NCBI GenBank assembly: GCA_964448705.1
Contig: CAYUZS010000004.1
Span: 20,105-84,104 of the forward strand
Direction: 5' to 3'
DNA from: an uncultured Gammaproteobacteria bacterium
GTDB lineage: Bacteria; Patescibacteriota; Microgenomatia; UBA12405
Length of the DNA: 64,000 bases
Of this stretch, positions 10,285 to 18,555 are shown one piece after another. Each line of letters starts with the position of its first letter. Position 1 is the stretch's first letter. The notes beneath the pieces are model-generated. The model was not told the DNA's origin, did no database searches, and saw nothing but the letters and a program-made list of their open reading frames with translations. The position numbers and the translations under genes are program-made.

Positions 10285-10488
10285 CTATTTTAACAAATCC
10301 ACTCCACTTTTACCCCACGTATGACATTTTAACGTTCTTTTAAAACCCAACCATAAACCTTTAACTGTTCCGTATTTTTCTACTGCCTCGTAAGTATATT
10401 CACTGCATGTCGGTATCATACGGCAATAATATCCCCGTGAAAAATATCTTTTATAAAATTTCAATAATTGTAAAACCGCTTTTTTCAT
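10285..10488 (-). CDS. yidD: membrane protein insertion efficiency factor YidD
   Basis: 'YYCRMIPTCSEYTYEAVEKYG' matches the YidD 'CRF.PSCSEY' signature; 67 aa. Confidence 0.85.
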   Translation of the reverse strand: MKKAVLQLLKFYKRYFSRGYYCRMIPTCSEYTYEAVEKYGTVKGLWLGFKRTLKCHTWGKSGVDLLK

Positions 10489-10820
10489 TTAATTTTTTGT
10501 AAACTTATCTCCATTTCTCTTTCCACCTTGTCAAATTCTATTCCTACTAGATTTTTTTTAGCCAAAAATACAATTTTCCATCCTTTTCCTTCTAAATACT
10601 TCTGTTTTTTCCTTATCGCTTCCGTCAACAATCTCTTTATTCGATTCCGGTCTACAGCCTTTTTAGATATTTTTTTTGATATTACAAACCCAAATTGATT
10701 ATTCTCATCTTCAGTTTTTAAAAAAGATATTCCCCATAAATCACCATAGACAAATTTACCTTCATTTTTAAGAAGCTCAAATTCACTCCTTTTCGTAATT
10801 CGGTTAATTCTTTTTAGCAC
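10485..10820 (-). CDS. rnpA: ribonuclease P protein component
   Basis: GTG start confirmed in the sequence. 'AVDRNRIKRLLTEAIR' RnpA motif. Located between rpmH and yidD. Confidence 0.9.
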   Translation of the reverse strand: MLKRINRITKRSEFELLKNEGKFVYGDLWGISFLKTEDENNQFGFVISKKISKKAVDRNRIKRLLTEAIRKKQKYLEGKGWKIVFLAKKNLVGIEFDKVEREMEISLQKIK

Positions 10821-10835
10821 TTAAGTAAGAGTATC

Positions 10836-10976
10836 CTATTTTTCACTTGAAACTGTCAACTTTCTTCGTCCTTTATTCATCCTGCGTTTAATCACATTTC
10901 TGCCGTCTTGTGTTGACATTCTTTTCAGAAATCCGTGAACTTTAGTTCTTTTTCCTTTTTTAGGTTGGAAAGGCAT
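10836..10976 (-). CDS. rpmH: 50S ribosomal protein L34 (46 aa; absent from the ORF track because it is under 60 aa)
   Basis: Hand translation of the reverse complement gives [46 protein letters not shown], matching the L34 consensus (..HGF..RM.T..GR.V...RR.KGR..LTV). Confidence 0.85.
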   Translation of the reverse strand: MPFQPKKGKRTKVHGFLKRMSTQDGRNVIKRRMNKGRRKLTVSSEK

Positions 10977-11073
10977 CTTATTTTTCATAAGCACTATTCT
11001 ATCAAATTATTCCCTATTTTTATTAAGAAACTTTCCCTAAAAAACAATTTTTAATTTTTGATCTATTGTTAAT

Positions 11074-11104
11074 TGTGGAAAACTCATCTATAGTCATGTG
11101 GATA
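11074..11104. promoter_or_regulatory. two DnaA boxes (TGTGGAAAA, TGTGGATAA) in the rpmH-dnaA intergenic region
   Basis: TGTGGATAA at 11096-11104 is the exact reverse complement of the consensus TTATCCACA; a 1-mismatch copy sits at 11074-11082. Confidence 0.55.
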
Positions 11105-11203
11105 AACTAAAAAATCATTTTAGCCCCGAATCGATTTTCTGCCTAATTTATCTTATTTTTTAATTAACCATTTAAAGTTAGTCATTAGACATTTCTTTAT
11201 TTT

Positions 11204-12559
11204 ATGGATCTAGATCGTCTTTGGAAAAATACCCAGGAAGAATTAAAAGTCATTCTGGCTTCTTCGGTTTATCAGACTTTTGTCTCTAAGTCACAATTGA
11301 TAGCTTATGACAACAACACGGCCACTATTGCTTGTTCCAGTTCTTATTTTGCTGACATGAATCAAAAGAGATATTATTCCTTTTTTAAAAGTGCCCTTGA
11401 TAATCAAACAAAAACCGATAATTCTCTCTTATTCATCGTTCAGGAACCTCTTAAAAACGAAGAAGATCTGGACAACAACACACCTTTATTTTCCTACAAT
11501 CCCTCCAAAAACATATCTTCGTCTTCTCATCTTCATCCGAAATACACCTTTGATAAATTAATTGTCGGCAATAGTAATAATTTTGCTTTTGCCGCCGCTC
11601 AGGGAATTGTTAAAAATCCAGGTCTTTCTTATAACCCTTTTTTCATTTGGGGTGGGGTAGGGGTTGGAAAAACTCATTTAATGCAGGCTATTGGTCATGA
11701 GCTTATAAAAAACAATTCCTCTTTAAAAATTAAATATTTTCCTGCCGAAACTTTTGGTAACGAATTAATTTCATCCTTAAAATCAAAAACTATCAATCAA
11801 TTCAAAGAAAGATATCGTAATTTAGATTGTATTCTGGTTGACGATATTCAATTTATTGCTGGTAAAGAATATATCCAGGAGGAGTTTTTCCACACATTTA
11901 ATGCTCTGCATATGGCTGGTAAACAGGTAGTTTTAACTTCTGATCGCAAACCTTCTGAAATTAAAGGTTTAGAAGATCGTTTAGTTTCCCGTTTTATGGG
12001 TGGTCTCACTGTCGACATCCAACCTCCGGATTTTGAAATGCGGTCTGCTATTATTTCCCAAAAAGCACAGGAAAAGGGGATTAATATTACTCCGGAAGCT
12101 ATCCAATATTTAGCCGACCATCTTCAATCAAACACCCGGGATATTGAAGGTAAAGTACAGGAAGTTGCTGTTCTCTCTCTTTCTCAACACTATCCGGAAG
12201 TCACTTTGGAATTGGTTGAAAATTATTTTCAACCAAACTCAAATTCATCTTCAGTTTCTACTTTTAATCTTTCAGATAAAATTTCTCCTCGTCATATTAT
12301 TTCGGTTTGTGCCAAACAATTTAATATTAAAACAGGGGATTTATGTGGCAATAGTCGTAAAAAAGAATTGGTTTTTGCCAGACATGTTACTGCCTACCTT
12401 CTTCTTAATGAAATCCGTCTTCCGCTTTCTGAGGTTGGACATTTACTTGGCGGTCGCGATCACACCAGTATTATGCATGCCAGGGATAAAATATCCCAAA
12501 GTATTTCCACTAATCCACAATTACGCTCTCTTATCAACCAAATTAAAACTTCTCTTTAA
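11204..12559 (+). CDS. dnaA: chromosomal replication initiator DnaA
   Basis: Walker A 'GGVGVGKTHLMQAIG'; sensor/box VII region; C-terminal DNA-binding helix 'RHVTAYLLLNEIRLPLSEVGHLLGGRDHTSIMHA'. Confidence 0.95.
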   Translation: MDLDRLWKNTQEELKVILASSVYQTFVSKSQLIAYDNNTATIACSSSYFADMNQKRYYSFFKSALDNQTKTDNSLLFIVQEPLKNEEDLDNNTPLFSYNPSKNISSSSHLHPKYTFDKLIVGNSNNFAFAAAQGIVKNPGLSYNPFFIWGGVGVGKTHLMQAIGHELIKNNSSLKIKYFPAETFGNELISSLKSKTINQFKERYRNLDCILVDDIQFIAGKEYIQEEFFHTFNALHMAGKQVVLTSDRKPSEIKGLEDRLVSRFMGGLTVDIQPPDFEMRSAIISQKAQEKGINITPEAIQYLADHLQSNTRDIEGKVQEVAVLSLSQHYPEVTLELVENYFQPNSNSSSVSTFNLSDKISPRHIISVCAKQFNIKTGDLCGNSRKKELVFARHVTAYLLLNEIRLPLSEVGHLLGGRDHTSIMHARDKISQSISTNPQLRSLINQIKTSL

Positions 12560-12909
12560 CCCTCATAAAGACTTATCCACCGTTTTGATTAAGTTATTCA
12601 CCAACTTATCCACCGCACTTTTTCTTTTTTTCCACCGAAGTAAACCCCAACCTCAGACAAGGTTATAAGACATAAACCATCGTTTCTTCACGCTTTTCAA
12701 CATATTATTTATTTTTCACATCAAAATTATTGCTTTCTCGTTACTAAATACCATCTTTTTTGTATTTTCTCCACTTATCCCCGACGCCTATAAACATAAC
12801 TACTGTTCTGTATATACCCTTTTTATTTATCAACGCATTTTTTCCTTAATCCTTATTTTTAATTTTGTTTATAAACTTTATAAACCTCATAAACTTGTTA
12901 AACTTCAAT
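12560..12909. promoter_or_regulatory. oriC-type region: DnaA box cluster followed by an AT-rich DUE-like tract with 9-bp tandem ATAAACYTN repeats
   Basis: TTATCCACC at 12574-12582 and 12607-12615, TTATTCACC at 12594-12602, then an AT-rich tract from about 12680 to 12905 that includes ATAAACTTT/ATAAACCTC/ATAAACTTG at 12871-12897. Confidence 0.6.
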
Positions 12910-14034
12910 ATGAAACTTTCCTTATTACAGGAGAACCTTAGTTCTGCTTTATCATCAGTTTCTCGTTTTGTTTCTTCTAAAGCCCAACTTCCTATCTTAA
13001 ACAATATTCTTTTTATAACTGATTCTGGAAGACTTAAATTATCAGCCACTAATTTAGAATTAGGAATAAATTATTGGTTGGGAGCCAAGATAGATCAGGA
13101 AGGGAGTTTCACAATTCCTGCCAAAGAAATCACTGAGTTTGTTTCATATCTCCCTTCAGGTAAAATCGATCTCCAATTAAATCCTCAATCTCTTTTGGAA
13201 ATTAACTCCGTAAAAGCTCAATCTTCTTTTACCACTGCTGCCGCCGTTGATTTTCCGACATTACCGGTTTTAGATGATAAAACTTCATTGGAAATAGACT
13301 TAAATATTCTCACTCAGGCAATTTCTCAAATTGCTTTTTCCGCCGCCTCTGATGATTCCCGTCCCATTCTTACCGCTATTTTATGTCGATTCACTAAAGA
13401 TTCATTAAGGTTGGTTGCTACTGATGGTGTCCGGCTTTCTTTAAAAGAAATAAAATTAGTTAACCCTATTGTTATCCCGGAAGGTAAAGATGAATTAACT
13501 TTTTTAGTCCCTTCACGAAGTTTAGTTGAAATTCCTAAACTTGCTAAATCTGTTTCTAAACTAAAGTTTGGTTTAAGTACTGATAGTCACCAACTAATTT
13601 TTGTTATGGAAGATTTGGAATTAGTGTCCCGTCTAATTGAAGGTGAATTTCCAAACTATCAAAGAATTATTCCCGAAACCTTTTCCACTGTCATAAGTTT
13701 AGATAAGAATGAATTTATGCAGGCTGTAAAAATTGCCTCTGTTTTTGCCCGTGAATCAGCTAATGTTGTTAAGTTATCAATCAAAAAAACTAATATCGAG
13801 GTTTCGGCTAATGCTTCTCAAATTGGTCAAAATAAAGTTTCTGTTGATGCCAAAATTGAAGGTGATGGTTTAGAAGTTGCTTTTAACTACAAATATATTT
13901 CCGATTTTCTTTCTGTTTGTCAGAGTAATGAAATTATAATCAGGCTAAATGAACCTTTAACCCCCGGTCTTTTTCAGGACAGTGCCGATCCTCATTTCAC
14001 TCACATCATCATGCCTGTCAGAATCCAGGATTAA
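12910..14034 (+). CDS. dnaN: DNA polymerase III beta sliding clamp
   Basis: 'MKLSLLQENL...LPILNNILF' is a typical DnaN N-terminus. Track ORF 12865 is an upstream extension; M16 at 12910 is the likely start. 374 aa. Confidence 0.9.
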   Translation: MKLSLLQENLSSALSSVSRFVSSKAQLPILNNILFITDSGRLKLSATNLELGINYWLGAKIDQEGSFTIPAKEITEFVSYLPSGKIDLQLNPQSLLEINSVKAQSSFTTAAAVDFPTLPVLDDKTSLEIDLNILTQAISQIAFSAASDDSRPILTAILCRFTKDSLRLVATDGVRLSLKEIKLVNPIVIPEGKDELTFLVPSRSLVEIPKLAKSVSKLKFGLSTDSHQLIFVMEDLELVSRLIEGEFPNYQRIIPETFSTVISLDKNEFMQAVKIASVFARESANVVKLSIKKTNIEVSANASQIGQNKVSVDAKIEGDGLEVAFNYKYISDFLSVCQSNEIIIRLNEPLTPGLFQDSADPHFTHIIMPVRIQD

Positions 14035-14075
14035 TTCTTTCCTATTACTCTCTTCTTAAAATCAATTTCAATATC

Positions 14076-14480
14076 TTATTCGCTTTCTAAAGTTTCAAAC
14101 TCTAATTTATGTCCTTCTCCTAGCTCACCAAAACCGCTGAGCCAAACATTAATCTCTTTTGTTGCAGATGGTGTTGATGTTCCATCAAGTGTCACGTATA
14201 ACACTTTTGGTGCACTGTATCTTCTTACCACAAAACCATTTCCCGGATAAGGTAATCTGTCCCATAAAGGATATTTCTCTTCATTCACTTGCAGTACTGC
14301 CGGTTCAGTTGCTGTTTTTGTTGGCTCTATTGTCACGGTAGGAATTACATTTTCAACAGTTGGTGTGTATGTTTCAGTATTGTTGTTTTTCCATCCATAT
14401 TTCACTTTAACTACACTTAAAACCACAACTATCAGTGCTAAAAAAAATATAACTCTTAATCTGTATATTTCTTTAATCAT
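14076..14480 (-). CDS. membrane-anchored hypothetical protein (last gene of T4SS-like operon)
   Basis: N-terminal TM 'VIFFLALIVVVLSVV'; 4-nt overlap with the upstream gene. Confidence 0.35.
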   Translation of the reverse strand: MIKEIYRLRVIFFLALIVVVLSVVKVKYGWKNNNTETYTPTVENVIPTVTIEPTKTATEPAVLQVNEEKYPLWDRLPYPGNGFVVRRYSAPKVLYVTLDGTSTPSATKEINVWLSGFGELGEGHKLEFETLESE

Positions 14481-14884
14481 TGTACTTTCCAGTATTGACT
14501 GGTAATTAAGCCATAACCGCTATCATTTACCCATTTTTCCCAAATTACTTTATTTTCCTGGCTGTTGTTTACAATTTTCACCACGAATTTGTTAGTTTGA
14601 TAATCAAAATCTATCGAAAAATAATCATTTTTAATTGGCACCTTACTTCTTAAAATCTTTATTAATTCAATTTCATTGTATTCATTATCTGTTGGGGATA
14701 TGTAAACAGCACCGGTATCAGAAAAATAACTTTCTGATGTTTTTGTTGGGATTAAAACTTTTTCTGTTTCAATTTCTGCTGTTTTTGTTTTATTACTGCC
14801 GCCATTTAACAATAATGCCCAAACAGCAAATAAAATCACTGTTATACAGACAATAATAAGTATTATATTTTTTTTCGACATCAT
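14477..14884 (-). CDS. membrane-anchored hypothetical protein (T4SS-like operon)
   Basis: N-terminal TM 'IILIIVCITVILFAVWALLL'; 2-nt gap to the upstream 1215-aa gene. Confidence 0.35.
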   Translation of the reverse strand: MMSKKNIILIIVCITVILFAVWALLLNGGSNKTKTAEIETEKVLIPTKTSESYFSDTGAVYISPTDNEYNEIELIKILRSKVPIKNDYFSIDFDYQTNKFVVKIVNNSQENKVIWEKWVNDSGYGLITSQYWKVQ

Positions 14885-14885
14885 C

Positions 14886-17800
14886 TTATTTTATAGCGCT
14901 GGCCTCCACCGTCAAACATCCTCTTATATTATGGGCATAGCCGTAAGCTTGTGTTCCATCAAAAGGTGTTCTGATTGGATAATAAGGATCATAAGTTACT
15001 ATTTTTCCATTATTCACTGCTACACCGAGCACAAAATGTCCTCCTAAAGCTAAATTTGAATTTCTGTAATAGTCAGCTAATATCATCACTACTTTTCCTT
15101 CACAAATCCATTTCGCAATCGCTTTTTCATCACAGCCCTGAGTCACTGCGTCATACGCCACTGCTGATGATCCGAACATTTTTGCTAATTCCTGTTTGGC
15201 TTGAAGTAATGAGGATCCTTCTCCGCCCATACTGCTGTAAGCTGACCCTTGCGAGAAAATTATCACCGGTGGTTTCATTTGTCCGTTTTTAATTCTGGCC
15301 ATCATCGAAACACTGGTTGGTCCGCATCCGGCAGAACAGATTGTTCCTCCTCCGTTAAGTGGAGTGCTTCCCCATTCCGGATCACATTGTTTTGTTTCAT
15401 AAGCTTTATCTGAGACGCTGCATTCACCTTCCACTACTACTCCTGTTAATCCCGGAGCATTTGGATCAAAACTAATATTTTGATCTGTTTCTCCGTTTTC
15501 ACAAAGCCAACTATCACCATTTTCATCTACATAAGTATATGTATTATCTCCGCCTGAACTCGAAGAATTACCTATATCTCCACAATTTTGACCACCAGGT
15601 GTCACTTGAATTGAGTCTGGTAATGGTGCGCTGCTAATCCAACTCCATTGCTCTTCAATAAATCCCTTATATTGTCTTGGTGTTACTCCGGCCGGATTCA
15701 ATTTATCAGGATCACAATCTCCGTTTAAGAAATTTGCTGAAAATGCCAACCAATAATCGCCTCCGATTCTTGGATCGTTAATACAGGCACTGGCTGGATT
15801 TAGTTTTAAGAAGGCATTAATCTGTTCGTTGTAATCATTTGGTTTATTAATCGAACTCACTCCGAAGTCATCAACTTCACCGGTGGAATAATTGCTAGCT
15901 CCGGATTCATGTATCCACACCCATAGTGCGTATGTCGGATTTATCCCGGCACACAAAGCTCTGTTAACTGTATCGTTATAGCATTCTTGAGAATAATTTT
16001 TCCCGGTTTTCCATGCATTAGCTTTGCTAATAAAATTTGCTTTATCTACTCCGGCCACTGCATTTTCTGGAGCATTTTGATTACAGTTAATTTGTCCTCC
16101 ATTACTTGTCCCGGTTATTTTGACACAGCTGCCTGTTGTCCCTTTTGGAGCTACTAACGGTGACACTGTCGTCGCCGTTATCATATTTAAACCGATTATT
16201 GCTCCTAATACTGCCGGTACTACCCAGGCAACTATCAATATTGATCCTGCTCCTAAAATTGCCGGTAAACCCAAAAATACCCCAGCCAGTGTTCCTGCCC
16301 AGTGTAAAAATCCGCCAAATCCTTTTCCAAAATTATCCTGGAGCCATACTTTTGTTTTTACTGAACTTAACCCTATACTTTCTGAGAACTTTTCAAAACC
16401 TTTTTTAATTAAACTTCCAGCTTTTTTAATTACCGAAAAACCGAGCATTATTAAAGCCGTTGGTAATCCTCCGACTACTCCTGCCGCCGATAATCCTGCA
16501 GTTGCCGCTCCTTTTGCCGCCGTTGCCGCACCGGCTTTTACCGCCGTCACTGTTCCTTTTGTCGCCAGTTGTCCGATAATGTTTTTGATCCCTCCTTCAA
16601 GTCCCAAGCTGGCGATTTGTGTCGCCATTGCTCCTACCGTTTCTCCGCCAAATTTGGTTGCTAATCGTATTCCAAAATCCTTTAAAGCTTCTATGTGTAA
16701 AATATTGCCTATTTGTGTCGATATTCCTCCGATTGCTGTCGAAATCCTGTCTTGAAATTGAACAATGTTTTGCAATCTTTCCAGAGATTTAACTAATTTT
16801 GGATTTTTACTTAGGATTTTAGCTACAGAACCAAGTTGTCCTAAACTTTTTGATCCTTCAAGTTTTTCCGATATTTTATTGATTCTTTCAATATTTTCAC
16901 TGATTTTAATCGGACTTCTGACCAGATTTTTAATAATTCTTGCTTGCTCTGATACTATTTTGCTTTCAGGATATCCGTTTCTTTTTAAAACACTTTTTTC
17001 TTTATATTGGGATAAGGTTGTAGATTCTTCTTTTTCCGGAAACTGTATTTTTCTTACCAGTGCTGCCATATCTTTGGCTTCTTCTTTTATTACTCCTTTT
17101 TCAATCAATTCATCGTATATTTTTTCTTCTACCTTTTCTGCTCTATACCTATCAATGGCAATAACTTTATTTGTTCTCTCACTGGGAGATCTTTCTTTTT
17201 GTGTGTTTCCTTGAAATTCAACCTCCTTAATCATGGTGTTTTCCACCATAACTTCCCCTTTTTCTATAATTTTCTCAATAGTTGTTTTCTTGTTGTCATC
17301 AATCCCGACTATTTTTTGGATTTTTTGAACTAAACTATCCTCTTTTTCCAGTTCTACTTTTTCACTACTTTTTTCGATTTTTACAGTTGAATCATTGAGT
17401 TTAGTCTCCGGATCATCAAATTTCGCTACTACTCTTTCTTTCACCAATTCACCGATCTGTTTTGTTTTTGTTTCACTGATATTGGTTTCTGTTTTTATTT
17501 GCAGGACAATTTCTTCAGTTATTTGGGAAATTTTTTCCTCTGTATCTACTCTTGACCAGGTGTCATTAGCAATTTTGATTATCTCTTCAGAAGTATTTCT
17601 GTCATTTATTTTTTCTGATTCAATTATTTTTGAAATTTTTACACTGTTTTCTTCGATGGAGTTTTCGGTAAAGGATGTTTCTTTTATTTTTTCAGCTATT
17701 TTTTCAATTGATTCTTTGTTGATTTTGTCTCCGACATTTTGTTGTATTTTTGCCTCTGCAATCAATAGAGTATTAACTCTTTCCGATGCTTCCTTATTGA

Positions 17801-18533
17801 TTGGTTTTTCATTAAGAATCGTTTCTGTTGCAAAAGTAATTTCCTTTATTAAATCGTTGTCTTCGATTTGTGAATTCTTTAATAGCTTATTAACTTTTTC
17901 TCTTTTTGTATTTTTTTCGCCGCCTTCATCCTCAATCTCAACAATTTTTTTAAATATTTTTTCTACCTCTTTCTTGTCAGCTTCTTTGGGTTCTATTTTT
18001 TTAAACCGTTCTTTCAAAACTTCTTCCTTTTTTATCGGTGTTTTGTTTGTTTCTAGTTTTGCTTTTTCTAGTTTTTCCAGCTCAATTTTCCTTTCAATAA
18101 TTCTTTGGATATCTTCAATCCTTACCCGTCTTAAGAGTAGATTATTTTTGATTAATTCCTCCGCTTTAATAATTTCCTTTTCTAAATCATGTTTATCTAA
18201 TTCTTCAAGGAGTGTTTTTAAGTCTTGTTGGTTTAATGCCCGGCTTTCTAATTTTTGACCTTTTATCTCTGCCTCATCAATCTTCTCTTTTATCTCCAAG
18301 TCTTCAATAATTGAACTCAGTTTTACAGATTCTGATTCTAATAATCGGTTATAGATTTCGTTTACATTAAGTGGATTAAATTCATTTACAATTCCTTGTT
18401 CTTCGTACCATTTTCTTATTATTCTGGAGAGATTAGGGTTATCGTTTAAGGTTTTTCCATTCTTTATCAGTTCCTTAAGACTTCCAAACAGCCTTACGTT
18501 TAATTTTTCTAATTCGGCATCTGTTATTTCCAT
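14886..18533 (-). CDS. 1215-aa T4SS-associated multidomain protein: K/E-rich coiled-coil N-region, Gly/Ala-rich polytopic TM core (VirB6/TrbL-like by architecture), Cys-rich ectodomain, C-terminal C39_2-like papain-fold peptidase/cell-wall hydrolase domain
   Basis: 'GCGPTSVSMMAR' aligns to the 'GCEVTSLAM' catalytic-Cys region of C39_2/YvpB-type peptidases; 'GGHFVLGVAVNNGKIVTYDPY' aligns to the His block. Multiple hydrophobic Gly/Ala helices in the centre. Confidence 0.5.
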   Translation of the reverse strand: MEITDAELEKLNVRLFGSLKELIKNGKTLNDNPNLSRIIRKWYEEQGIVNEFNPLNVNEIYNRLLESESVKLSSIIEDLEIKEKIDEAEIKGQKLESRALNQQDLKTLLEELDKHDLEKEIIKAEELIKNNLLLRRVRIEDIQRIIERKIELEKLEKAKLETNKTPIKKEEVLKERFKKIEPKEADKKEVEKIFKKIVEIEDEGGEKNTKREKVNKLLKNSQIEDNDLIKEITFATETILNEKPINKEASERVNTLLIAEAKIQQNVGDKINKESIEKIAEKIKETSFTENSIEENSVKISKIIESEKINDRNTSEEIIKIANDTWSRVDTEEKISQITEEIVLQIKTETNISETKTKQIGELVKERVVAKFDDPETKLNDSTVKIEKSSEKVELEKEDSLVQKIQKIVGIDDNKKTTIEKIIEKGEVMVENTMIKEVEFQGNTQKERSPSERTNKVIAIDRYRAEKVEEKIYDELIEKGVIKEEAKDMAALVRKIQFPEKEESTTLSQYKEKSVLKRNGYPESKIVSEQARIIKNLVRSPIKISENIERINKISEKLEGSKSLGQLGSVAKILSKNPKLVKSLERLQNIVQFQDRISTAIGGISTQIGNILHIEALKDFGIRLATKFGGETVGAMATQIASLGLEGGIKNIIGQLATKGTVTAVKAGAATAAKGAATAGLSAAGVVGGLPTALIMLGFSVIKKAGSLIKKGFEKFSESIGLSSVKTKVWLQDNFGKGFGGFLHWAGTLAGVFLGLPAILGAGSILIVAWVVPAVLGAIIGLNMITATTVSPLVAPKGTTGSCVKITGTSNGGQINCNQNAPENAVAGVDKANFISKANAWKTGKNYSQECYNDTVNRALCAGINPTYALWVWIHESGASNYSTGEVDDFGVSSINKPNDYNEQINAFLKLNPASACINDPRIGGDYWLAFSANFLNGDCDPDKLNPAGVTPRQYKGFIEEQWSWISSAPLPDSIQVTPGGQNCGDIGNSSSSGGDNTYTYVDENGDSWLCENGETDQNISFDPNAPGLTGVVVEGECSVSDKAYETKQCDPEWGSTPLNGGGTICSAGCGPTSVSMMARIKNGQMKPPVIIFSQGSAYSSMGGEGSSLLQAKQELAKMFGSSAVAYDAVTQGCDEKAIAKWICEGKVVMILADYYRNSNLALGGHFVLGVAVNNGKIVTYDPYYPIRTPFDGTQAYGYAHNIRGCLTVEASAIK

Positions 18534-18555
18534 TTGATTGATTATACCAATCTTA

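Noticed and set aside
12144-12668. ORF 12144..12668 overlapping the dnaA 3' end in another frame.
   Set aside because: It overlaps a conserved gene in an alternative frame and runs into the DnaA-box cluster; no motifs.
12865-12909. 15-aa N-terminal extension of dnaN (MFINFINLINLLNFN).
   Set aside because: It consists of ATAAAC-repeat DNA from the origin region read as protein. DnaN homology begins at MKLSLL (12910).
16120-18258. Plus-strand ORFs (16120..16755, 16136..16408, 16765..17214, 17395..18258) inside the 1215-aa T4SS gene.
   Set aside because: They lie antisense within a long coding gene. Their Pro/Ser/Phe-rich, low-complexity translations reflect the complement of K/E/G-rich codons.
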